A stretch of 64,000 nt of DNA from a virus, in IMG/VR virus record IMGVR_UViG_3300035666_000007, positions 34,035 through 98,034 of that record; one strand, written 5' to 3'. The notes under the pieces are model-generated. The model did no database searches and was not told the DNA's origin. It saw only the letters and a list, made by a program, of their open reading frames with translations. A program made the translations under genes and the position numbers. The stretch's first letter is position 1. Every line of letters begins with the position of its first letter. Shown here piece after piece: positions 1 to 8,672 of this stretch.

Positions 1-119
1 CGCGACACACAGCAAAAGTGTCAAAACAACAATTGCGATCTTGCGAAAATCGTATTCGTGTGGAAATTCCATGAGATTTAGAATAGATTAAAATTGTTAG
101 AACTTGGCAAGCCGCGACT

Positions 120-467
120 CTAGGACTGGCGACTTTCCATTTTTTGATAAGCAATAGCCAGTAGTTCGTTGACAGATAGAGAATCTGCATTGCGGAAGGG
201 TTTGATGCCCTCCTCAAACGGAACAGACTGTACGCTACGGGCTTTGATCTCAACTGTCACTTCTGGCTGACGGGAGACCATCTCCGCAAACTCGCCCCCG
301 TAACCCACAAACCCTGCAGTCGGCTGGTAAAAGGAGATTCCAGTTGCGTAGTAATCAGAAAGAAGCCAAAGATTCCGGTCTTTCTTGTCGTGAGCGAATT
401 GCGGAAGGCTGATGGCCATTCGCTTGCCATCAGCAATAACAAAGCCTCTCTTGGCGAACAGGTCCAT
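120..467 (-). CDS. hypothetical phage protein
   Basis: 115 aa ORF; its ATG overlaps the stop of the upstream gene. Confidence 0.6.
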   Translation of the reverse strand: MDLFAKRGFVIADGKRMAISLPQFAHDKKDRNLWLLSDYYATGISFYQPTAGFVGYGGEFAEMVSRQPEVTVEIKARSVQSVPFEEGIKPFRNADSLSVNELLAIAYQKMESRQS

Positions 468-733
468 CAGCTTTCCGTCAGCATCAGGATTTCAGACTGG
501 TCATGCTTAAGCAATTCGGCTAGATCAGCCTTCGCCTTGGCAAGCATAAGCTCAAGCCTTTTGATTTCAAGAAGGCGATTTTTGATAATTTTCTTCACCT
601 CGCTTTGCTCATCAGCCTCCAGCTCAAGCATCGCTTCTTGAAGCAACGCCTTGTTATCGCCTGACAGCTCAATATCAGTGAAAGTGGTTTTAAGGGCAAT
701 CATTGACTGTTGGGAATGATAGGGATCTGCCAA
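467..733 (-). CDS. hypothetical coiled-coil protein
   Basis: 88 aa, heptad-rich L/E/K, tightly packed in the minus-strand block. Confidence 0.6.
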   Translation of the reverse strand: MADPYHSQQSMIALKTTFTDIELSGDNKALLQEAMLELEADEQSEVKKIIKNRLLEIKRLELMLAKAKADLAELLKHDQSEILMLTES

Positions 734-782
734 ATTGGGTGCGGCTTTGGCGGGCCGCGTTATCTACATGGCGGCCTTAAGA

Positions 783-1004
783 TCAGGTGATATTCGCCTT
801 GATGATCGAATGACATTGCTGCACGGTGAGTATATCCGGATCGGACTGAGACAGAGCAACATCAAGGGCCGCAATAGCGGATGACAGACGCGGACTCTTC
901 CATCCCTGTCCGGGAGGCCCTTCGTCACAGTGACTTTCAGCGGCTTCGAGAATTACTTGCCACTGATCGCTGGCCAGGGTGATCGTCTTGGTAGGGATGG
1001 TCAT
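783..1004 (-). CDS. hypothetical protein
   Basis: 73 aa; ATGA overlap with the upstream ORF. Confidence 0.6.
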   Translation of the reverse strand: MTIPTKTITLASDQWQVILEAAESHCDEGPPGQGWKSPRLSSAIAALDVALSQSDPDILTVQQCHSIIKANIT

Positions 1005-1324
1005 GGAAGGGGCTCCTGAGGCGCCGGCAACTCAACGCGCTCAACGGTGAGCATCTCGCCCTTGCGCTTGAACCGATAAAGTTGGCTTTCGTCAGGATTT
1101 GCAAAAGTCCGAAACAAGGCACCATTATACCTGACTCCATGAATCAGATAAGTATCGGTCCACACGTCGTAGTGGTTAGGACGAGAAAGAAAGTGGCCAA
1201 GCATTTCCCGTGGAAACAGCAAGGTACGCAAGCTCACTGCCCACCATGGCAATATACGGCCTTCGGGCACGTATTGATGAACCACTGAATTAAAAAGGTT
1301 AGAGCGAGATCGGAAAAAGTTCAT
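1001..1324 (-). CDS. hypothetical protein
   Basis: 107 aa ORF in an operon-like array. Confidence 0.6.
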   Translation of the reverse strand: MNFFRSRSNLFNSVVHQYVPEGRILPWWAVSLRTLLFPREMLGHFLSRPNHYDVWTDTYLIHGVRYNGALFRTFANPDESQLYRFKRKGEMLTVERVELPAPQEPLP

Positions 1325-1330
1325 GATAGC

Positions 1331-2020
1331 TCAAGAATTGTTTTGCGGCACCGGCAGGGCGTTGTGAGGAAGGGAGTGGGAGTCATGAACCGGCTCCTCA
1401 TCGCGGTTGGGCGTGTCGAGGACCCATCTGCGCAGCGTCGCATTTGCAAGTCGGCACGGGATTTCCGCTGGTCGGTAGAGCCAACACCTCCCCTCCGCAT
1501 CGCACCACCCCTCGCGCTCCCAGGGCCGTTCAGCGACCGGCACCGGCTGGATGGTGGGGCGGGCGTAGCGGGTGATGGCAGCCAGCAGTAGCTCACTCAT
1601 CTCGCAATGGGCTGACTCCAGGCATCCTCCGGGCTTCAACCATGTGGCCCAGGGCTCCTTGCTATACGCGAAGGCGATCAGGTTTACATGGTCCGGGCTC
1701 ACCCCCTCCGGCTCGGGCTGGACGGTGGGGCGGCACCAGCGGGACTCCAGCAGATCGCCAGCGGCAATCAGTAGTTGCTGCAGAGGGCTTCCTGGCTCAG
1801 CCTCAACCGCTGCTTCGTGGCAGCCGACAGCAACGGACGGGGGCCACTGCAATTCCCGCCCTTCATCCGTCACCCCCTCCGGCTCGGGCTGGGCTAGCAA
1901 GGCGCGGGCGCGGTCTACCAAGGGAATCATGTTTTCATGCAGATCATCGGGGTTTGTTGATCTGCTCCAGACGAAGATTACCTCAGAGCACAAGGCGCGG
2001 TAGTCGTTTGGGGTAGTCAT
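1331..2020 (-). CDS. modular phage protein with repeated QPEPEGV linkers (DUF551-like C-terminal part)
   Basis: DYRALCSE...RARALLAQPEPEGV, a second QPEPEGV, and PTIQPVPVAERPW...GRCW. Confidence 0.65.
   Translation of the reverse strand: MTTPNDYRALCSEVIFVWSRSTNPDDLHENMIPLVDRARALLAQPEPEGVTDEGRELQWPPSVAVGCHEAAVEAEPGSPLQQLLIAAGDLLESRWCRPTVQPEPEGVSPDHVNLIAFAYSKEPWATWLKPGGCLESAHCEMSELLLAAITRYARPTIQPVPVAERPWEREGWCDAEGRCWLYRPAEIPCRLANATLRRWVLDTPNRDEEPVHDSHSLPHNALPVPQNNS
1699..1892. repeat. 23-bp direct repeat TCACCCCCTCCGGCTCGGGCTGG (1699-1721 and 1870-1892)
   Basis: identical copies read directly; they encode the QPEPEGV linkers. Confidence 0.9.
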
Positions 2021-2045
2021 GATTCATCGGGGGTAGTTGTGGTCT

Positions 2046-2432
2046 CTAGAGGGGTGTCTGCTCGGAAAGTTTGGCCACCAGCCCTTCCGCGATTCGTATT
2101 CCAATTTTTGAGTCTTCGGCTTGAGCCTCTAAAATGGAGATTCTTCTTCGCTGCCTGGCAATAAACGAATCTAGTGCCTCTTCCTTAGTGGGGCACGCAT
2201 AACGCTTTCTGGCGTCCTTGAGAACAAATCTTTCATCCCCTGAGTAGGTTTTAATCCATGCCCCCTTGGGGGTGTGACGTGAAACCATAAAGTCTCGAAC
2301 CTCGACTGCAACGCTGTGCCCCGGCAGTGGATCATCAAACTCATCAACTCCGTTGCTATAGCGGACTATTTCGTATCTATACCACCGTTCATAACTGGTG
2401 TCCAGGTAGCCCGTCGAATAGCCGGTCATCAC
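2046..2432 (-). CDS. hypothetical phage protein
   Basis: 128 aa with HTPKGAWI...RYACPTKEEALDSFIAR, a motif typical of small phage proteins. Confidence 0.7.
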   Translation of the reverse strand: MMTGYSTGYLDTSYERWYRYEIVRYSNGVDEFDDPLPGHSVAVEVRDFMVSRHTPKGAWIKTYSGDERFVLKDARKRYACPTKEEALDSFIARQRRRISILEAQAEDSKIGIRIAEGLVAKLSEQTPL

Positions 2433-2447
2433 TTCAAGTTCTCCTCT

Positions 2448-2699
2448 CTAAGGGGTATTTGCGTAGATAGCATCAGGGCGCACTTGACACCATGGATACC
2501 GGCGAGCACGTGCCTCAGGGAGAAGGTCGATGCAGCCGACTGACTCCAAGGGCCCCAGCTCTTGGACGAACTGACCCGTTCCATCTTCGTTATCCCTTAA
2601 CAGATAAAAGCTCCCAAGATCAAACTCATGTCTGTACCTATGACCTGGAGGGAAAAACGGACTGCTTGGATCGCGGAGTCGATTGTAATGCATAGCCAT
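2448..2699 (-). CDS. hypothetical protein
   Basis: 83 aa ORF fitting the gene packing. Confidence 0.55.
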   Translation of the reverse strand: MAMHYNRLRDPSSPFFPPGHRYRHEFDLGSFYLLRDNEDGTGQFVQELGPLESVGCIDLLPEARARRYPWCQVRPDAIYANTP

Positions 2700-2711
2700 T
2701 AGTGTGTTCCT

Positions 2712-2924
2712 CTAGTGAAATTGATGCGGATAGCTTTCAGGGTCCAATGGGTTGCACCCTGGCGTAAAGAAAAATCCTTGCCCTTCGTCGCAGTCATCAT
2801 CAACCTCTTCGTGCGTCTCGACCTTTTGGCTGTTGATAGCACCGCACGATTCGCACTCGGTATGGGTGAGCGCACTAAATGGACCACGCCAAGTCACAGT
2901 GCCGCCGCAATGAGAGCAATTCAT
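2712..2924 (-). CDS. small zinc-ribbon protein
   Basis: CSHC...CESC. Confidence 0.6.
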   Translation of the reverse strand: MNCSHCGGTVTWRGPFSALTHTECESCGAINSQKVETHEEVDDDCDEGQGFFFTPGCNPLDPESYPHQFH

Positions 2925-2980
2925 TAGTCTCCTTCACTTGTGTGTTGATTCAGCTCGGACATCGAAGATAAAGCGCACCA

Positions 2981-3280
2981 TTAGCCCTCTTTGTTGGGAG
3001 AATCAGGAGTGCAAACAACCCACCTGTCGATCGACTCAGCTCGGTCGGCTTCGTCCAAAAGCCGATCCCTGATCTCTCGCCTGGCCAGGTATTTCATCTT
3101 GGCCAAGTCGCCAGCGTTGCCGCTGGGAAACTCCTCCTCGGGAACGATGTGGTCAGCCAAGGCCCGGATCTCGGCAGCATTGCCCTTGGCAATCACATCT
3201 AAATCTCTAAGCCCCAGGTCCGTGGCCTTCGCATAGGCGTTAGCCATTATTCGCCATAGCGGTGTTCTCGGGAATGCCAT
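2981..3280 (-). CDS. hypothetical phage protein
   Basis: 99 aa, AAEIRALADHIVPEE...LLDEADRAE. Confidence 0.65.
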   Translation of the reverse strand: MAFPRTPLWRIMANAYAKATDLGLRDLDVIAKGNAAEIRALADHIVPEEEFPSGNAGDLAKMKYLARREIRDRLLDEADRAESIDRWVVCTPDSPNKEG

Positions 3281-3304
3281 TGAATCTCCTTGGTAGCGGT
3301 GGCT

Positions 3305-3535
3305 TCAAACAAACGAAAACGGAATGTGATCTTCTACGTAAGGCTCGTCCTGGGTTTGCAGATCGCGCCACTCGCGACCATTCTCAGCACCCTTGCTCCA
3401 AGGAAACAGGGCTTGCAGCACGGGAACCATATTTCCATTGCCGTCGCCTCGACGAATCAGGCGATAGGCAATAGGCGCTGCTGTATGCGAAATCTGAATC
3501 TTACCAGTATTGGAGACTGTCATGACGGGGGGCAA
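3305..3535 (-). CDS. hypothetical protein, paralog of 4343-4645
   Basis: PIAYRL...LQ..F.W..G...G.EWRD shared with 4343-4645. Confidence 0.7.
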   Translation of the reverse strand: MPPVMTVSNTGKIQISHTAAPIAYRLIRRGDGNGNMVPVLQALFPWSKGAENGREWRDLQTQDEPYVEDHIPFSFV

Positions 3536-4032
3536 GAGTGATCACCAAAAAGCACGCAGCAAGACAAGGCTTCGTTTCTTTTTGCTGCTAATTCAACAGG
3601 GTTTCGCATCCGAGACTTGAAACCATCAAACCAGTGACAGCATTCCAGGTAAAAGTATTCAGTATCAGTTGGGGGCGCCGCAATGTAGCGCCCGTGGTAT
3701 CTCCACGTGGGTTTTCTCTTGCAGAATGGACAGGGTGCATTGTCAACTCCAATCACCTCCAGCAGCTCTCTCCCCGCTTTTGGCTCTTCTCCGTTGTACT
3801 CGGACCATTCGACTGCCCCCTTCGGCAGTAGCACTCGGTAGCCATCCCAATAGTCAAAACTTGGAGAAAGGACACTTGCCAATCCCGCGCCACGCAGTCG
3901 ATACTTTGCGAGAAATACCAGAGTTACGCCTTCAAGAAATTTGTGCGGCAATCGCCAAATGTACCAACCTTCAGAAGGGGGCTTTTCCTGCCTATAGTCA
4001 CGAAACTCGTAACGGGCTGACTGGATGATCAT
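3520..4032 (-). CDS. two-domain protein with a C-terminal Lar-like zinc finger
   Basis: PCPFCKRKP...YLECC; ATG 4032 preferred over the longer ORF-track start. Confidence 0.55.
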   Translation of the reverse strand: MIIQSARYEFRDYRQEKPPSEGWYIWRLPHKFLEGVTLVFLAKYRLRGAGLASVLSPSFDYWDGYRVLLPKGAVEWSEYNGEEPKAGRELLEVIGVDNAPCPFCKRKPTWRYHGRYIAAPPTDTEYFYLECCHWFDGFKSRMRNPVELAAKRNEALSCCVLFGDHSCPPS

Positions 4033-4093
4033 GGTTGTGGGCTTAAAAGATGAATTGACAGCTGTAGCACGCTCGACCAAGCGTGCTTTTCGC

Positions 4094-4327
4094 TCAGGTC
4101 ATGACAATGTGCGGATGCTCGTGAGGGTGGCCTGGTACATCAACAAGAATGTTGAACTCCCTGCCGGCCCCATCAATCAACCCAGGCAGCTTTCCTGCCG
4201 TTCGCATGGCTCGCACATGCTCCCAAATGCGATAGAGAGGCGTATGCGTTGACGCAGAAAATTCGGCTTGATCATAAAACTTGCCGCTTCGCTTAAAGTA
4301 GGTGAGTTTGACAGTGATGCTTTCCAT
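4094..4327 (-). CDS. hypothetical phage protein
   Basis: 77 aa, LTYFKRSGKFY motif. Confidence 0.65.
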   Translation of the reverse strand: MESITVKLTYFKRSGKFYDQAEFSASTHTPLYRIWEHVRAMRTAGKLPGLIDGAGREFNILVDVPGHPHEHPHIVMT

Positions 4328-4342
4328 GGTGCCGTCAACTCC

Positions 4343-4645
4343 TCACAGAAGTGGGCCAAAAGGCCTGTCATTAGCGAGGTCGTGCGCGCTAAGGGTTTCG
4401 ATGTCCCTCCACTCCGTACCACCTCCCTCGAATCCCTGCTGCCACCTGAAGCAGCCCTGCAAGCGCAGATCAGTTGAACCATTGTCAGCACAGTCTCGAA
4501 CCAGTCGATACGCAATCGGAAGCGCATGCTCCATGCGAGGCGCAGCAATGGTGCCGCGCCTCGCATCGGAAACTCGCAAACGCCCCCCAGGCTTGTCAGG
4601 TATTTCCTTCGCCCAACCTTCTGACCCTTGGTCAACGCGGCTCAT
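4343..4645 (-). CDS. hypothetical protein, paralog of 3305-3535
   Basis: PIAYRL...LQGCFRW...EWRD. Confidence 0.65.
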   Translation of the reverse strand: MSRVDQGSEGWAKEIPDKPGGRLRVSDARRGTIAAPRMEHALPIAYRLVRDCADNGSTDLRLQGCFRWQQGFEGGGTEWRDIETLSAHDLANDRPFGPLL

Positions 4646-4759
4646 TTGTGCTCCGCAGCAAAAGCGGATCGAAACTGATAGGAGTGTAGCACCATTGGTG
4701 CCGATTGGCAAGCCAGTCAGCCGCCGTGGCTACCGTTTGACTAGGCGCGAAACCAAGAA

Positions 4760-5041
4760 GTGGCCGTCAAAGCAAGCATCCTGAAGAGACTCGTAACACA
4801 ACTGCGTCGCAATGGACTGGCGGAGGGCGTCGCAAATGCAGTTGCTAGAAAAAAACTACAAGAAGCTGGCATCCTAAAGAAAGGAAGCGAAGAGCTTACC
4901 GAATACGGCAAAAAGCGACAGGCGATGGGTGCATCCGGCAGGGCGAAAGATCGAGCAGCAAAAGCGAGCAACAGAAAGCCAAGCGAATACAAATACAATT
5001 CCAGAACCAATAAGGCTACGCTGAAGAAAAAGAGCAAGTAA
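4760..5041 (+). CDS. small highly basic protein
   Basis: 93 aa K/R-rich, GTG start, preceded by the -10-like element GGC-TACCGT at 4731-4736. Confidence 0.75.
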   Translation: MAVKASILKRLVTQLRRNGLAEGVANAVARKKLQEAGILKKGSEELTEYGKKRQAMGASGRAKDRAAKASNRKPSEYKYNSRTNKATLKKKSK

Positions 5042-6386
5042 TTTTATTTCTAGCACAAAAAACAAATTTATCTGTATCTATGCAGCACTTCTTGGCGGTT
5101 CCGCAGCTCCAAGGCCTCGGATCAGGAGCGGATCCGCAGCGCACACCGTTACTGAGGGGGGTGTGGGCCACCAGTTGAACCCAGTAGCCCCAATGCTTTT
5201 CAAGGGTCCGACGACTCAGGCCGGAGGCTCTTGCAACTTGCCGCTTGCTCCAGGAGGATGCGTCTTTGATGCTTTTCCAGATACGGGTAAGTCTTGCCTG
5301 ACTTTGCCTGAAAAGTCGCCTGTTGCGATCCTTGTCACTGCCAATTTTATCTTCAGGCACTCCCTCGGTGGTTCCAAATTTCTTGCGCAACGACGAACGC
5401 GCCCATCGCTCTGCAAGTCCACCAGTTTTTCGCATCAAGTCTTTCTTGGTTGAATGTGATGCGTATTCCTCGAAGCCTTCTGTTGCAATAGCTGTTTTAC
5501 GAATGATGGCGCCCAGCCTGAACGGGCACAGAATGTGGGGGTTGGCGAGTCGAACGGCTGTTGTGATTCCCGCCAAAACCCTTTGACTTTGTCCGTGCTG
5601 CGTCCATTTTGCAGTAGGCTTAATTTTTTCTACTCTTGCTGCCCCGTTTCCCTTCTCGATGCGCCAGCCCTTCTTTTTCGCCCTTGCGGTTTCCAGGATT
5701 TCACGCCAAGCGTTACAGATTTCTGTATCGCCTATATCTGCAAGTAGCTGAAGGTAAATCAGTTCTGCATCTTCAATAAATGTTTTGCCTGTAATCAGGG
5801 CGCTACCTGTTTGTCCTGGCAGTCGAAAACCGTTGCTGCGAGCACGTTCCGTTTCGCTGTACTCGATCTGAGATGGGAACAGCTCGGCTTGGCCTGCTGC
5901 TGCCACCATCCCAGAGCGCTCCAGTAGCTCGCGTCCAACCCAGTGGGCCAGCCAGCAAGGGATGGCGCTGGGCAGGCTCACGTAGGGATGCAGACCGCCT
6001 GATGCGCTGCTCCTGAGCAGGGAGACCCGTCCTCCAATCAGCTCGACGTGGCGTTGCAGTTCAAGCAGTTCGCTGCTTTCCCCGTATCGATCCCAATATT
6101 GGCTGCGGTATTTTTTCTTTTGGTCAATATCAAATACGATAACCCTGGTGTTTTTTTCTGGGCGATAGCCTGTGATTTTGCTTTCATCTGCAAGGTGTCG
6201 CAGAAGGCCTTCGATCCTGTATGGCCTTGGGAGTGATCGCCAGCTGCCACCCTCTCGCTTTTCGATCACCTCGTACCACCCCCCGCTGTAGGCCGCCCGC
6301 AGCCACTGCTCTTGGGGAGGGGCTTGTCGATTCGGGGGTGGGGCCACTATGATTGGAAGCGAACTTGAACTTGACTCGTTCACCAC
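5016..6386 (-). CDS. replication initiator with a primase-polymerase (AEP-like) domain and C-terminal HTH
   Basis: VIVFDID (motif I), SSASGGLHPY (motif II), ELFP...GFRLP, and a C-terminal SKRQVARASGLSRRTL helix-turn-helix. Confidence 0.65.
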   Translation of the reverse strand: MVNESSSSSLPIIVAPPPNRQAPPQEQWLRAAYSGGWYEVIEKREGGSWRSLPRPYRIEGLLRHLADESKITGYRPEKNTRVIVFDIDQKKKYRSQYWDRYGESSELLELQRHVELIGGRVSLLRSSASGGLHPYVSLPSAIPCWLAHWVGRELLERSGMVAAAGQAELFPSQIEYSETERARSNGFRLPGQTGSALITGKTFIEDAELIYLQLLADIGDTEICNAWREILETARAKKKGWRIEKGNGAARVEKIKPTAKWTQHGQSQRVLAGITTAVRLANPHILCPFRLGAIIRKTAIATEGFEEYASHSTKKDLMRKTGGLAERWARSSLRKKFGTTEGVPEDKIGSDKDRNRRLFRQSQARLTRIWKSIKDASSWSKRQVARASGLSRRTLEKHWGYWVQLVAHTPLSNGVRCGSAPDPRPWSCGTAKKCCIDTDKFVFCARNKITCSFSSA

Positions 6387-6567
6387 AGCGGCCCTCCCCT
6401 CTCAAAAGAAGATCCGCTGTCGAGGCCTGGGGGGTTAACCACTCCCCGGGCCTCACCCCTTTTTGGGGGTGCCTTGCTTGGACCAGCCTACCCCAGCGGC
6501 GAGCATTGGACCAGGCCCCCCAGGGATACGCTCAGCCGTTGCTCGGAATCCGCCTGAGAGTTCTCAC

Positions 6568-6598
6568 AAAAAAACCTCTGGGCTCCAGCACCCAGAGG
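6568..6598 (-). terminator. intrinsic terminator between the Panacea gene and the rep leader
   Basis: minus strand CCTCTGGG-N8-CCCAGAGG followed by T7. Confidence 0.75.
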
Positions 6599-6702
6599 CA
6601 ACCAACTCTCCAGTTGCATTAAAGCGATTTTGCGCCTTAAAGGCAACATTTGTCTTCAAATGCAAATTGTAGCATAAAGCACATCTGCCTTGATGGTACT
6701 TG

Positions 6703-7176
6703 CTAATTTGCTATTTTGCTTTTGAAATATATTTTCATGAGTTCCTCGGAAACGTTCAGGTGCTTTCTACCTGGATTTTCTGCTATTGTTTTATACCACG
6801 GCCCCTCTTCGTCGTTTGCTAAGCGTGAAAGCTGAACCAAGTTAAACTTTTTCCCGTACACTTCCCAGATTACGGACAAAAACGCAACTACGGGTAAAAG
6901 GTCATCGCAGTGGTCGGCAGCGCCGGTGGATGAAATATTTCCTGTTCCATATTGCAAGAATTGTTCTCTTATATCTATACAGACTGGACCGTATCGAAAA
7001 GCCTCGATTTTTTCGTCAAACAAGGGTCTTTCGTACATGGCCAGGAACCATCCTTGCGCAAAGTATAAAAGTCTTTGCAGCTTTATTGAATTTATTGCCA
7101 TTTTGTTTTGATGCGATTGATTGATGAACCAATTGGCAATTTGAATCGATGTGTAATCTGGCCGCTTGTTTTTCAT
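6703..7176 (-). CDS. Panacea-domain (DUF4065/SocA/GepA-like) antitoxin
   Basis: IANWFI...IKLQRLLYFAQG...LFDEKIEAFRYGPV...EGPW signature. Confidence 0.85.
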   Translation of the reverse strand: MKNKRPDYTSIQIANWFINQSHQNKMAINSIKLQRLLYFAQGWFLAMYERPLFDEKIEAFRYGPVCIDIREQFLQYGTGNISSTGAADHCDDLLPVVAFLSVIWEVYGKKFNLVQLSRLANDEEGPWYKTIAENPGRKHLNVSEELMKIYFKSKIAN

Positions 7177-7219
7177 GTTTCAAGGTTTATGTCTTTGTGA
7201 GTTGACTGGTGCGGAGTCT

Positions 7220-7480
7220 CTACTCTTGCGATTTTCCGGGGATCTTTACGTCTTCTATCGCGATTGCATTCTGGATGGCGTCATAAAGCGCCGAAGGGTG
7301 CAAGTGGTAGCGCTTTTCGTTGTGAACAAGTGTCACTGGATAGCCAAGTCGAATACATGCTATCGTGGCTTCAGCTAGGCAATCGTCAATATGGCTGTTA
7401 GAACATGCGTCGAGGACAAGTTGTTTGATTTTTGTTTTTTCGAGGATGTTGGCAGTGTTGAGAATGTTTTTCATTGGCAA
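7220..7480 (-). CDS. hypothetical protein
   Basis: 86 aa ORF. Confidence 0.55.
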   Translation of the reverse strand: MPMKNILNTANILEKTKIKQLVLDACSNSHIDDCLAEATIACIRLGYPVTLVHNEKRYHLHPSALYDAIQNAIAIEDVKIPGKSQE

Positions 7481-7539
7481 TTTACTTGTTGGTAGTGATG
7501 TTTGGCGAGATTGCTGGATGTTGCGCTTTAGTGGCTGCT

Positions 7540-8421
7540 TTAGAAATGGAAATCGAATTCTGAGCCATCATCGAGAAGACTCCAGTCAACCGAAATTGCA
7601 CGATGAAGCTTGTTGTTGACGATTGCACTGGCAATTCCTTCGTAGCTGCCAAGCTGACAAAGAAGCTCGACCAGCTCGCCCTCTAGCCGCTGTTTTTGGG
7701 TCTGCTCGGTTTTTTCTTGACTGCCTGCCAGCACCTCTGCGACCAGTTCGTTATCAGCTAACGGGCTTTCCGCTGCTTGATTCCGGGTCGGTGACACGCG
7801 CTCCCGCTCTCGGGTCATGGCTTTTTCGGCGCGAAGTTGTTGCAGTTCGGCGCGCTCAGCTTCCTGAATGCGAAGAGCGTCCAGTGCTTCTTTCAGCTTT
7901 TCGGTGATTTCAGACTGAAGATTCTTGCCGGCTGGCGCAAATTCTTCAAGGCTGTCGATGTCGATCTCAGCAAGCTCTGCTAGCCGTTTTTCGGCCTCAG
8001 AAGAAGAGGTAACATTGGCGGCCAGGCCTGCAATCCGTACAAGAACCGACTTGTGTTCGTCGATTCGAGCTTGCTCTTGTGCTTCGATTGCCTTGATGGC
8101 CGTTTCGTGTGGCTCGATCAGTCCCTGAACCGCAGCCTCAAGTAGCTTCGCTTTTTCGTCAACAGCTTTTCCCCGCTGAACATGAACTGCCTTGGCATTT
8201 TTCCTGGCTCGCTCAATTGATCCCTTGATCAGGCGCAATTGATACATCCAGCTACGCGCTTCTTTGTTGCCGGTTTTGTCTCGATAGTCAAAGCTTTTGC
8301 TTTCGGAGTCCTGGGTTGCGATTGCAATTTCTGCTGCAAGCGCCTCCCATTTGCTAAGAGCGCTGGTCTCCTGTACGGCAACTTGTGTGATTGAGAGCTG
8401 ATTTTCTGGAGCGGAGGTCAT
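7540..8421 (-). CDS. coiled-coil phage protein (DUF1351-like)
   Basis: IERARKNAKA...GKAVDEKAK...IEPHETAIKAIE helical pattern. Confidence 0.6.
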   Translation of the reverse strand: MTSAPENQLSITQVAVQETSALSKWEALAAEIAIATQDSESKSFDYRDKTGNKEARSWMYQLRLIKGSIERARKNAKAVHVQRGKAVDEKAKLLEAAVQGLIEPHETAIKAIEAQEQARIDEHKSVLVRIAGLAANVTSSSEAEKRLAELAEIDIDSLEEFAPAGKNLQSEITEKLKEALDALRIQEAERAELQQLRAEKAMTRERERVSPTRNQAAESPLADNELVAEVLAGSQEKTEQTQKQRLEGELVELLCQLGSYEGIASAIVNNKLHRAISVDWSLLDDGSEFDFHF

Positions 8422-8672
8422 TTGGTTGGAGCCGTTCGGCTGTAATGTGTAATTTTTGAAATAAAACTTTTTGCGCTGAAAGAAAGCAGAGGGAAAGCTT
8501 TTTCGGCGAAGTAGTCTTGATGGAGTTTGGACCAGGCGAACCAGTAAATACTACCCCAGCACGCATTGAGCAAAGCGTCCATCGGTTCGCCGCTCTTGTT
8601 TACCCAGGCAATTTTCCCAATTCGCCCATAGTCCGAGTTGATTGCGATTGGCTGACAGCAGCTGCTTTTCAT
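8418..8672 (-). CDS. hypothetical protein
   Basis: 84 aa, ATGA overlaps on both sides. Confidence 0.55.
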   Translation of the reverse strand: MKSSCCQPIAINSDYGRIGKIAWVNKSGEPMDALLNACWGSIYWFAWSKLHQDYFAEKAFPLLSFSAKSFISKITHYSRTAPTK

